This document shows positions 1-7,652 of a stretch of DNA of 64,000 nt, one piece after another; positions within the stretch are counted from its first letter, which is position 1, and each line of letters starts with the position of its first letter. Under the pieces are notes generated by a model. It saw nothing but the letters and a program-made list of their open reading frames with translations. It was not told the origin of the DNA and did no database searches. The DNA lies in the IMG/VR virus record IMGVR_UViG_3300033463_000012. One strand, 5' to 3'. The translations under genes and the position numbers were made by a program. This DNA is from a virus. Taxonomy: Duplodnaviria > Caudoviricetes.

Positions 1-159
1 ATGGCTCAAAGAATACTTGGAACCCAGGAACTATGGTGGGTCCTTCTCAAATACAATGACATTGATGATCCGTGGAATGAACTCTACCCCGGACAGATCC
101 TCAAGATTCCTTCGGTCACATCCGTTCAATCCTACGCCATGGACTACGAGGTCAGATAA
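1..159 (+). CDS. Baseplate wedge protein, gp53-like (LysM-type), probably 5'-truncated by the window edge
   Basis: Own translation MAQRILGTQELWWVLLKYNDIDDPWNELYPGQILKIP matches the gp53/LysM pattern 'YG..WW.IL..N.I.DP'. Confidence 0.7.
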   Translation: MAQRILGTQELWWVLLKYNDIDDPWNELYPGQILKIPSVTSVQSYAMDYEVR

Positions 160-1293
160 GTGGCTGTACAAAACAGACAGAACGCTGGCTATTCCATTCT
201 CCTTGACATCAATGGAGAGGAAGTGCCATATCAGAACGTGGACGGGTTGGTCATTCGTGAATCCATATTTTCGATCCTTCCCCGTCTTTCCATGTCGTTC
301 AGGGACGTGGGAGATTTCAGCTCGACCAGGCCAGTGAAGACGAAGGACAAGGTCAGGGTATCAATCGTTTCCAATGCAGGAAAATCAGGTGATGTTCATT
401 GTCCTTTCAGGGTCATGAAGGTCGAAAACCAGAACACTGACCCGAACATGCCGAACACTGCGGCTGTAGGCATCACCGGCATATTGGATTTCCCGGGATT
501 GTTCGATGGACTCGAATCCGTGGTTTTCAATGACAAGTTTTCCAACGTGGTCTCCGAAGTCGCCAAAATCGTGGGAATGAAACCAAAAATAAACATTGCT
601 TCGAATGACAAGATGAAATGGACTTGCTTCGGGGAAAACTACATGAAATTCCTTTTGCACTCCCTGAACCATGTGCATATCTCGGAGAAGGAATGCCCTG
701 TCCTCTATGGAAACAAATCCGGAGAACTGATATTCGATGGACTGAAACGAGCAAGTGAATCTACATCCCGCATATCCCTGGTGTTCGACCCGACAGCCAC
801 AGTGACGCCCACGGACTACAATGGAAAGGACTTTATCAAGAAAGGACAGGCGGAATCCAGGGTGAATGTTCCTTATTCCAACTGGACATTGTTGGACATC
901 AAGGAATACATGAACAAATTCGGTGGCGGCGACGGGATCAGATTGTCATACTTTGATGGAGAACCCGTGGAGAAGGATTGGAAACCTAAGGATTCCACAG
1001 GTGTGACGGAAAGAATGGTATATGGGGTCAAAACCCTCAATGTTCACAAAAACTACTATTCTGCCATGGTGAACAACAGACTGAACAAGAATTCATTTTT
1101 CGGAACCTGCATAACCCTGAATACTGGCCTGTTCGGTTTCAAGCCATTGGACAGGGTGCACGTGACGATACCAGCTGGGAACCTCGGGGACACCTCCAAA
1201 GAACTTTCCGGAGAATATATCATCTTTCAAGTCTTGACCGTATTCAACAGGGACGCGAAAGGAGAAATGGTTTCAATGGCCAAAATTTCATAG
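160..1293 (+). CDS. Probable baseplate hub/tail protein (gp27-like)
   Basis: 377-aa ORF directly after the gp53-like gene; beta-rich with a C-terminal 'LSGEYII..V' pattern typical of hub/late-control D proteins. Confidence 0.45.
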   Translation: MAVQNRQNAGYSILLDINGEEVPYQNVDGLVIRESIFSILPRLSMSFRDVGDFSSTRPVKTKDKVRVSIVSNAGKSGDVHCPFRVMKVENQNTDPNMPNTAAVGITGILDFPGLFDGLESVVFNDKFSNVVSEVAKIVGMKPKINIASNDKMKWTCFGENYMKFLLHSLNHVHISEKECPVLYGNKSGELIFDGLKRASESTSRISLVFDPTATVTPTDYNGKDFIKKGQAESRVNVPYSNWTLLDIKEYMNKFGGGDGIRLSYFDGEPVEKDWKPKDSTGVTERMVYGVKTLNVHKNYYSAMVNNRLNKNSFFGTCITLNTGLFGFKPLDRVHVTIPAGNLGDTSKELSGEYIIFQVLTVFNRDAKGEMVSMAKIS

Positions 1294-1369
1294 GAAATTT
1301 TCATAGTTTCCTTTAATTGGCTATATTTAATACAACAGGAACTCACCAACCACTCAAGGAGAACTGCAG

Positions 1370-2008
1370 ATGAACCTGTTTGAATCCGCTCTTGAAAAGA
1401 AGAATGAACTCAAGGACCTTCGCAAGCAGAGCCGCGGGATGATCAATTCCTACTGCCTGGCCGAATGCGACAACAAGAAGTCGGCCGAATTCAAGGAATT
1501 GAAGAAGGAAGTCAAGCGCTACATGAGTCTGAAGAACAAGATTTCCATTGCCGAAGGCCGTGGCGACGAAGACCCCATTTCGACCTTGTTCGCTCGGGTG
1601 AACGAAACAATCGCCCTTCTCCGCGACATGGGGAAGATTGACAAGCTGAATGAATACCTTGAACAGCTTTCCACTCTTACCGTGGAACTCAAGGATGAAC
1701 AGGCCAGGGTGAAGAATCCGATTTCTGACCTTGAGGATCGGATGAAGGACAATCAGGACGAACAGTTTGAAATCGGCTGCGACCTGAACAATCTTCGCGA
1801 CGAGGCCGAGGATCAGGGGATTTGCTCCAAGTCTCGTTTCAACAAGTTGGTCAAGATCATCCAGGACAGAAATGCAGGGAAGGAAGATTTTGAAGACAAA
1901 CTTCAGGAAGAATACCTGCTGTCCGGGTTGATCAACAAGGGAGCCGAAGCGATTTCTGATCTCATCAACCCAAAGGAAAAACCTGATGCCGACTCTGACG
2001 AAGGTTGA
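1370..2008 (+). CDS. Coiled-coil protein with C-terminal DsbA/GapR-like dsDNA-binding domain
   Basis: 'DLNNLRDEAEDQGICSKSRFNKLVKIIQDR..EDFE' resembles T4 DsbA; SD aggag upstream. Confidence 0.45.
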   Translation: MNLFESALEKKNELKDLRKQSRGMINSYCLAECDNKKSAEFKELKKEVKRYMSLKNKISIAEGRGDEDPISTLFARVNETIALLRDMGKIDKLNEYLEQLSTLTVELKDEQARVKNPISDLEDRMKDNQDEQFEIGCDLNNLRDEAEDQGICSKSRFNKLVKIIQDRNAGKEDFEDKLQEEYLLSGLINKGAEAISDLINPKEKPDADSDEG

Positions 2009-2522
2009 AACATATTCACTGGAAGGGGAAAAGCTGGCCGAGATGATGTATTACGGCCAGAAACCACTTGTCGGTGAAGAAGTTGTGCTATGGGAAAACG
2101 GGGAGGTTCGCGCGATCATCCCCTATGCCCATGGCCGAAAACATGGTGTGGAAAAAGTATTTGACGAAGAAGGCAACCTGGAAATGGAAATACGCTGGAT
2201 AAAGGACAAACAGGGCGGGACCGAGGTCATATACGATGACATTGGCCTCAAGATTCGTTCCTCTCAGTGGAGGGACGGGAAGAAACATGGAAACGAACTG
2301 TTCTACCGACAGAACCAGACCGTATGGAAGTCAGTGGAATGGAAGTGGGGCAAGAGACACGGGGAGGAAAAGGAATACTACTTCCAGGGTCCCGTGAAGT
2401 CAATCCGCCTGTGGCGACGAAACCGCCGTACAGGTTTCGCCCGTTTCTACACCCCTGACGGAAAGAAGGTCAGTTGGTGGCTTCATTTATGGCACGAGGT
2501 CCTCAAGATTTTCCACGTCTGA
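1986..2522 (+). CDS. MORN-variant repeat protein (YwqK-like)
   Basis: Repeated 'G.KHG.E..Y...G' units. Confidence 0.75.
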   Translation: MPTLTKVETYSLEGEKLAEMMYYGQKPLVGEEVVLWENGEVRAIIPYAHGRKHGVEKVFDEEGNLEMEIRWIKDKQGGTEVIYDDIGLKIRSSQWRDGKKHGNELFYRQNQTVWKSVEWKWGKRHGEEKEYYFQGPVKSIRLWRRNRRTGFARFYTPDGKKVSWWLHLWHEVLKIFHV

Positions 2523-2523
2523 A

Positions 2524-3624
2524 ATGAAACACGACAATGACATGTTGTGGCGATATTGCGTTCTTGCAGCTGAACGCATGAATGGGCATAGGTTGTCCGA
2601 GCACAAATTCAACTTCAAGTGCAATGTCTGCGGAGATGGCCACCACAAGAAACGGGGCTATCTCGTTTTTGACACATCCAGGGATTTGATTTACTACAAG
2701 TGTTTCAATGAAGGAGACTGCGCAGCTGCAGGAGACGGGAACACTTGGCACGCCTCAAGATGGCTGAAATTCACTGACAAAAACCTCTATTCCGCCTATC
2801 GTTCCGAACTGAAGGAAAGTCGGGTAAAAAGGATAGGTAAACTGAGGTTCAAGACAGAGAAAAGCGCCCAGAACTGTCCCACATCTCCAGGGAGCCACTC
2901 AGAGCCAGTTTCTGCAAAGGTAGCTATAACTACTAGGGTACCCCCGAAAGTGGCTCAAAACTCATCCTTGGAGCTGACGGACATAGAACGAGAATTCAGC
3001 TCTTTTCTGCCCATAAAGAAATGCCCGGACAATCTCAAAGAACCTGTAAAGAAATTCTGCCTAGGACGGATGCTCCCGAAAGAGAGGATCAAGGAATTTC
3101 GGGTAGCTGTGAACGGGAAGTATCGGAATCGCATAATCATCCCGACTTTTGACGAGAACCACAAGCTGATCTATTTTCAGGCGCGCGCATTGCTTGGACA
3201 AACCCCAAAATATCTCAACTCAGTGGCGCCAAGGGAAAACGTCATCTATGGTCTTGATCGAGTGGACAAGAGCAAGCCGGTCATTGTCCTGGAAGGTCCA
3301 ATCGATTCAATGTTCGTGGAAAACGGCGTGGCCACCATGGGTTGTTCCTATTCCAAGGAAGTGCAGAGCAAACTCGATCAAATGAATTGTCTCTATCTCA
3401 TGGACAATGACAGGGCTGGAAATTCAAAATCGCGTGAATTGCTGCAGACAGGGCATAAGGTGTTCCTGTGGACTAAATTTCTCAGAGGTAATTGCTTGGA
3501 CAAGAACCTGAAGGATTTGAACGAATACGTCGTCTCGCAGAAGGCACGGATTCCTCTTTCCTTTGATTTCCTGTCCAGCTATTTCTCGGATTCACAATTC
3601 AGCATGTCATATTTGACAAAGTGA
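2524..3624 (+). CDS. DNA primase (T4 gp61-like)
   Basis: Zn-binding CNVCGD...CFNEGDC, RIIIP, YFQAR, PKYLN, TOPRIM EGPIDSMF and DNDRAG motifs. Confidence 0.93.
   Translation: MKHDNDMLWRYCVLAAERMNGHRLSEHKFNFKCNVCGDGHHKKRGYLVFDTSRDLIYYKCFNEGDCAAAGDGNTWHASRWLKFTDKNLYSAYRSELKESRVKRIGKLRFKTEKSAQNCPTSPGSHSEPVSAKVAITTRVPPKVAQNSSLELTDIEREFSSFLPIKKCPDNLKEPVKKFCLGRMLPKERIKEFRVAVNGKYRNRIIIPTFDENHKLIYFQARALLGQTPKYLNSVAPRENVIYGLDRVDKSKPVIVLEGPIDSMFVENGVATMGCSYSKEVQSKLDQMNCLYLMDNDRAGNSKSRELLQTGHKVFLWTKFLRGNCLDKNLKDLNEYVVSQKARIPLSFDFLSSYFSDSQFSMSYLTK
2875..2983. repeat. ~109-bp palindromic element, copy 1 (in frame inside primase)
   Basis: Outer IR tgtcc..ctccaggga / tccttggag..ggaca, inner IR gagccagtttc / gaaagtggctc, core ggtagctataactactag. 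Confidence 0.85.
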
Positions 3625-3721
3625 GAAATTAAAGTGTCCGATTTCAAGCGAATCAAGAAAGTTCAGACTGATACCTACAACCGAAAGGGCCGCAACTCTT
3701 TCACAACAAAGGACTGGGAAG

Positions 3722-3928
3722 ATGAAGACATCTACGATGACGAAGACGCAACTGATTTCAGCTATCAAGAATCAGCTGACGATAGTTGGCAATACAATCA
3801 GTGAGGCGAATCTGGCCAAGGGTCAGAAAGGTTTCAAGGCAGCCAACAAGAAACAGTGGCAGATGGGATACCTTGCCGCGCTGAAGGACACTTTGGATTG
3901 GTTGGACAAGGAGTTCACTGAGGTCTGA
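3722..3928 (+). CDS. Hypothetical protein
   Basis: 68-aa ORF with phage-like codon usage. Confidence 0.6.
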   Translation: MKTSTMTKTQLISAIKNQLTIVGNTISEANLAKGQKGFKAANKKQWQMGYLAALKDTLDWLDKEFTEV

Positions 3929-4052
3929 CCTTGTGGGATTGGGCACATTCCCGCTTTTGGAAGGACAAGTTCCTTCTGCTTTTTGATCATCGACTTTTGA
4001 TGGTCAAATATCGAAAGTTCAGGAAGTGCATCATGTCAGAGACGGAGAACGT

Positions 4053-4382
4053 ATGAGCTGGCCTTTCCTAGCCGACTTCACTGACAAACAGGTCAAGTAT
4101 GTCTATGGACTGATCACAAGCATGCTGGACCATTACGGGTTGAATTTCCATTTCAATGACAATTGGAAGGACATCAAAATCGAATTCAAAGATTGTGTGA
4201 TGATGATCTATTTCCAGGACAAATGGATTGAATGGAAGGTATGGTCCGCGAATGGTCAACTTTCATATTACAAAGGAAGACCCGCCACATATTTTGAATA
4301 TGCAGACGCCTACAAAGGAATCCAGGAATTGGATTGGGTCATTTCGCATTTGAAGGATGGACCTAGATTCTTCAAGAGCTAA
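4053..4382 (+). CDS. Hypothetical protein
   Basis: ATG preceded by ggag; its stop TAA lies inside a CTAAATT motif. Confidence 0.6.
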   Translation: MSWPFLADFTDKQVKYVYGLITSMLDHYGLNFHFNDNWKDIKIEFKDCVMMIYFQDKWIEWKVWSANGQLSYYKGRPATYFEYADAYKGIQELDWVISHLKDGPRFFKS

Positions 4383-4385
4383 ATT
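4379..4385 (+). promoter_or_regulatory. Putative late promoter CTAAATT (first listed of about 20 copies)
   Basis: Same heptamer on + at 4379, 7619, 11152, 13039, 16768, 20726, 21869, 25568, 27796, 32031, 33099, 36638, 44104, 48068, 52999, 60667 and on - at 19946, 36615, 48053; most lie 20-50 nt upstream of a start codon. Confidence 0.8.
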
Positions 4386-4413
4386 AGACAAAAGTTTCAA
4401 ACGAGGAACAGAT

Positions 4414-4857
4414 ATGAACGATACAGAAGATTTGATGTACACCAAGGCGAAGATGGACAAGAGAAACCGTATTGACTGGATGAAGGAAGAAACACCCCAG
4501 CAGATGGCCGGCACATCCTGGATGGTGACCTTGATCTACAACATCGGGAAGCAGTTGACCCTGACTCCGGACAAGATTCGCGTGGCTGAATTGAATGTTC
4601 CAGTCGAAGATTGGATCACCACCTATGAAGATTGGGTGGCCGATATGATGGAGAAATACGGAACATCTGCAGTTGATTCAGGTGATGCACTCCAGACCAT
4701 TTACGAAGACCTCATGCGCCACTACGTTTTCGACGCAGTGATGAAGGCCTTCCCCGACGGTTTCGATTACAAGATCACCGAGGACATGAGTGACCTGGCC
4801 CTGGAAAAGGTCAAGAAGGTTTTGGGAACCTGGAAGGATCCAGCTCCCATTTGGTAG
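4414..4857 (+). CDS. Hypothetical late protein
   Basis: ATG with gagga SD, downstream of CTAAATT. Confidence 0.65.
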   Translation: MNDTEDLMYTKAKMDKRNRIDWMKEETPQQMAGTSWMVTLIYNIGKQLTLTPDKIRVAELNVPVEDWITTYEDWVADMMEKYGTSAVDSGDALQTIYEDLMRHYVFDAVMKAFPDGFDYKITEDMSDLALEKVKKVLGTWKDPAPIW

Positions 4858-4883
4858 AAATTGAACAAACAAGGAGAACGAAA

Positions 4884-5267
4884 GTGGAAAATCCCGAAAA
4901 CAAGAAAAAGAAGACAAGAGTGAGCAAAGTCACCAAGACTACAGTGACCAAGACGACTGAAGTCAAGGTCAAGGCGGAACGCAAGCCACGGACAAAGAAG
5001 GAGCCCAAGGTGGAAACCAAGTTGGAAGCCCCGATCAAGCCCGTGGACGAACACATTGATGATTTCAGTGCAAAGCTGACCGTCGGCATTCTGCTGGTCA
5101 TGCTCGTCGTGCTGATCGTTTGGTCAGTGATGAAGAAGGAAACCCCCAAGCCCATGACCATTGAACCTCAGGCGAACATGATTCTCAAAGACACTGTCGC
5201 CAAGGACACCATGGTCACCGTCCTGGATACGGGCAAGGTCGACACGATAGTCACTGCCAACAAATAA
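4884..5267 (+). CDS. Single-pass membrane protein with Lys/Thr-rich N-terminus
   Basis: GTG start after aggaga; TM segment LTVGILLVMLVVLIVWSVM. Confidence 0.65.
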   Translation: MENPENKKKKTRVSKVTKTTVTKTTEVKVKAERKPRTKKEPKVETKLEAPIKPVDEHIDDFSAKLTVGILLVMLVVLIVWSVMKKETPKPMTIEPQANMILKDTVAKDTMVTVLDTGKVDTIVTANK

Positions 5268-5288
5268 GGCAGTATCCAAAATGGAAAC

Positions 5289-5324
5289 AACCTGGCCCCT
5301 TCAACGGGGTCAGGTTATTTCTTT
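5289..5324. terminator. Intrinsic terminator between convergent genes
   Basis: aacctggcccc-ttcaac-ggggtcaggtt hairpin followed by a T-rich tract. Confidence 0.7.
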
Positions 5325-6007
5325 TCCTGCAAGATTGGATATTCGTTGCACGTGGTTTCGCACCAGTATGTATGCCCGAATCTCCTCTCGTCCGGGGTCA
5401 AAAGTCGTTCCAGTCCTTCCTTCGTGTCGGCGGTTCTGGACAGGTCTCGATAGCAAACTCCGGTCGTGTAAGGAACCACAATACAATACTTCCCGAGGTG
5501 CAATGCCTTCAAGGTCTGTTCCTCGGTCAAAGGTTCCCGCTTTTCCACCTTCTCCTTCTCTTCCTTTTCCTTCTGTCTTTCCTTGTCGATTTCCTCGTTC
5601 GGAATGGCGAGATATTTGTCAAGTTCCCCGGTTCGTTCCATTTCGAGAATCTTGTCCTTCCATTCCTTGATGCCAAACCTTGGATTGTCATCGTGGAGGT
5701 CGAGGTACAATTTCGCCAGTGCCTTGCAGGGCTCACAGCAGGCGTCGAGGAATCCGGTCAAGTCTCGATCATCATTCCAAGCGAGACCATATCCACCGCC
5801 ATAGGTGAACAGTTCATTGAACAGATGACCGAGGTGCCACATATCCGGGGCGTCGAAGTCCAAATCCCTGACCACCTTTCGACACTTGAACGCGGCGAAC
5901 AGTTTTGCACTTCGTCCCATACCGGATGAGGTGAGGCGGACGAATTCAGCGAATGCTTCCGGTTTCTTTTTCCGGAATTCCTCGGGATTAGTTATCGGAT
6001 TTCTCAT
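5315..6007 (-). CDS. Hypothetical early protein
   Basis: Last gene of a tightly coupled minus-strand operon. Confidence 0.7.
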   Translation of the reverse strand: MRNPITNPEEFRKKKPEAFAEFVRLTSSGMGRSAKLFAAFKCRKVVRDLDFDAPDMWHLGHLFNELFTYGGGYGLAWNDDRDLTGFLDACCEPCKALAKLYLDLHDDNPRFGIKEWKDKILEMERTGELDKYLAIPNEEIDKERQKEKEEKEKVEKREPLTEEQTLKALHLGKYCIVVPYTTGVCYRDLSRTADTKEGLERLLTPDERRFGHTYWCETTCNEYPILQEKK

Positions 6008-6192
6008 TTTTTCCTTGCCTTCTTTTCCAGCCAGTTTCCGAAAATATCGCACACGTCATCGAACCAATCCGCCATGTGGTCAGAGACGATGAAGGCGAAT
6101 CTTCCGGCGATGATTGCAAGAAAGATGAATACGGCGCACCCGACAAAAAGGATGCTGATCGTAAGTGCGAGACTGGTGATTTCACATTCCAT
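6004..6192 (-). CDS. Small membrane protein
   Basis: Long hydrophobic N-terminal segment; SD aggag. Confidence 0.6.
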   Translation of the reverse strand: MECEITSLALTISILFVGCAVFIFLAIIAGRFAFIVSDHMADWFDDVCDIFGNWLEKKARKK

Positions 6193-6194
6193 TT

Positions 6195-6458
6195 TCAGTT
6201 CTCCTTAATCCAAGTCCATCCGCGTTTCATGCACTCTTTCTGCCACCACGTGTGAAGTCGGTCGAATTCCTTTTCGGACAAACCGACGACTTCAATATAC
6301 CCATATTGTTCACAAATACGAATTTCAATTTTGTCATCTTTGTACACAATGTCATAAGGATCGGGCCAAAGGGCGAAACAGTTGAACAGACCATATTGGC
6401 TATTGTCGAAATAGTGGTCCAGGGTTTGTTTTGCAATGCTATACTTGCTCATTTTCAA
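6195..6458 (-). CDS. Hypothetical protein
   Basis: Coupled ORF in the early operon. Confidence 0.65.
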   Translation of the reverse strand: MKMSKYSIAKQTLDHYFDNSQYGLFNCFALWPDPYDIVYKDDKIEIRICEQYGYIEVVGLSEKEFDRLHTWWQKECMKRGWTWIKEN

Positions 6459-6703
6459 TCCTCCTCGTCTTCGGGATGCGGCTTGTCCAAAAGTTTCATC
6501 TTCGAAATGAGCTGGATGTTCACTTCCGCCAGGTGAAGAAAATACTCGGCATCTCTGACGAGTTCATCTTCGGAGCACGGATCGCCCATGAGAACATGCT
6601 CACCGGTGTGAATGCGAATCATGTCTCGCTCGGCCTTTTCCAACATTCCAATCGCCGTATCCACGGAATGAATCGCACGTTCAATTTTGTTCGTCTTTTC
6701 CAT
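6455..6703 (-). CDS. Hypothetical protein
   Basis: Coupled ORF; SD gaggag. Confidence 0.6.
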   Translation of the reverse strand: MEKTNKIERAIHSVDTAIGMLEKAERDMIRIHTGEHVLMGDPCSEDELVRDAEYFLHLAEVNIQLISKMKLLDKPHPEDEED

Positions 6704-6705
6704 TT

Positions 6706-7095
6706 TCAGTTCTCCTCGTCTTCGAATCCTTCCTTTCCGTTCTCCCACATTTCCATGGTGTCGAGAACGTCCTTTACCATGATGTCCCGAAGTCCACCAA
6801 GGTTGAGTTTATTCCAGGACTTGAATCCGACCTTCTTCAGGGTTTCAAGGCATTCTTCGAACGTCCCATCTTCCAAAGCGCTCTTGCCTTCGTTGACAAG
6901 ACTGAATTTGATCTTGTCCTTGATTTCCTTTGCTGTCCGAGAGGTCATGTCATTGAACGAAAGGGTGAGAGTCCACATGTTGTCCTTGGCCAGGTTGACT
7001 GCGCACCAAAGATATTCCCACATGTGGTTGTCGGCGTCATCCCAGCAACACTTCGCCACGATCTTGTTCGCGGTGATTTCCTTGAATGTCTTCAT
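6706..7095 (-). CDS. Hypothetical protein
   Basis: SD aggag; 129 aa. Confidence 0.65.
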   Translation of the reverse strand: MKTFKEITANKIVAKCCWDDADNHMWEYLWCAVNLAKDNMWTLTLSFNDMTSRTAKEIKDKIKFSLVNEGKSALEDGTFEECLETLKKVGFKSWNKLNLGGLRDIMVKDVLDTMEMWENGKEGFEDEEN

Positions 7096-7128
7096 GCTAG
7101 TTCTCCTTGTGGTTGTGAGAGTTAAGGC

Positions 7129-7497
7129 CTAGTAGTGATGGACATATCCGTCGTCCAGATTGCCTTCACAGGCATCTTCACCGGCAGATTTAGGGAACAT
7201 CATCTGTTCAATGATATTCCTATCATGCATGCTGTGGAATTTCGCACACTTGATCGAGTATTCGGAAGGGCATTTTCCTTCGCTTTCACCCAAAACGTAA
7301 ATAGCGTTTTCTCGAACTTCATATTCAGTGCAATAAGCAGTTCCGGCAGAGTGACGAATCTGACTTCCGGTTTCGATTTCTTCATTTTCTTCAGTGTTGT
7401 TCCCGCCATTGGGGCCGAGAGTGTTGGAAGACCCGTCGGAACAAGCGGACATGGAAATGAGAAGAAGGATCGAGATGAGAGAAAGAATCTTTTTCAT
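7129..7497 (-). CDS. Lipoprotein (possible superinfection-exclusion protein)
   Basis: MKKILSLISILLLISMSA-C lipobox; SD gggagg; first gene after the early promoter; further Cys in the mature part. Confidence 0.7.
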   Translation of the reverse strand: MKKILSLISILLLISMSACSDGSSNTLGPNGGNNTEENEEIETGSQIRHSAGTAYCTEYEVRENAIYVLGESEGKCPSEYSIKCAKFHSMHDRNIIEQMMFPKSAGEDACEGNLDDGYVHHY

Positions 7498-7546
7498 AAA
7501 CACCTCCCGGTTTTGGTTCTTTTCCAGACCTCTATTGGCCTGTCTC

Positions 7547-7573
7547 TTATAATATAATATCTTTTTGGCCAAA
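7547..7573 (-). promoter_or_regulatory. Putative early promoter TTTGGCC-x-AAAAG-x-TATTATATTATA
   Basis: Near-identical to the copies at 17847-17873 (+) and 60607-60633 (-). Confidence 0.7.
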
Positions 7574-7652
7574 GAGTATCGACTTTTTTGAAATTTTTTC
7601 TCGACCTGGCTAAAAGGGCTAAATTTGAAGAATATCAGCAGGAGACGATATA

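Noticed and set aside
1986-2522. Toxin-antitoxin system (YwqK antitoxin label)
   Set aside because: Only MORN-like repeats are evident, and there is no adjacent toxin gene.
2860-2990. Possible intein or intron in primase
   Set aside because: The extra segment is only about 36 aa, has no intein C-terminal HN-C/S/T motif and keeps the frame; the palindromic element explains it.
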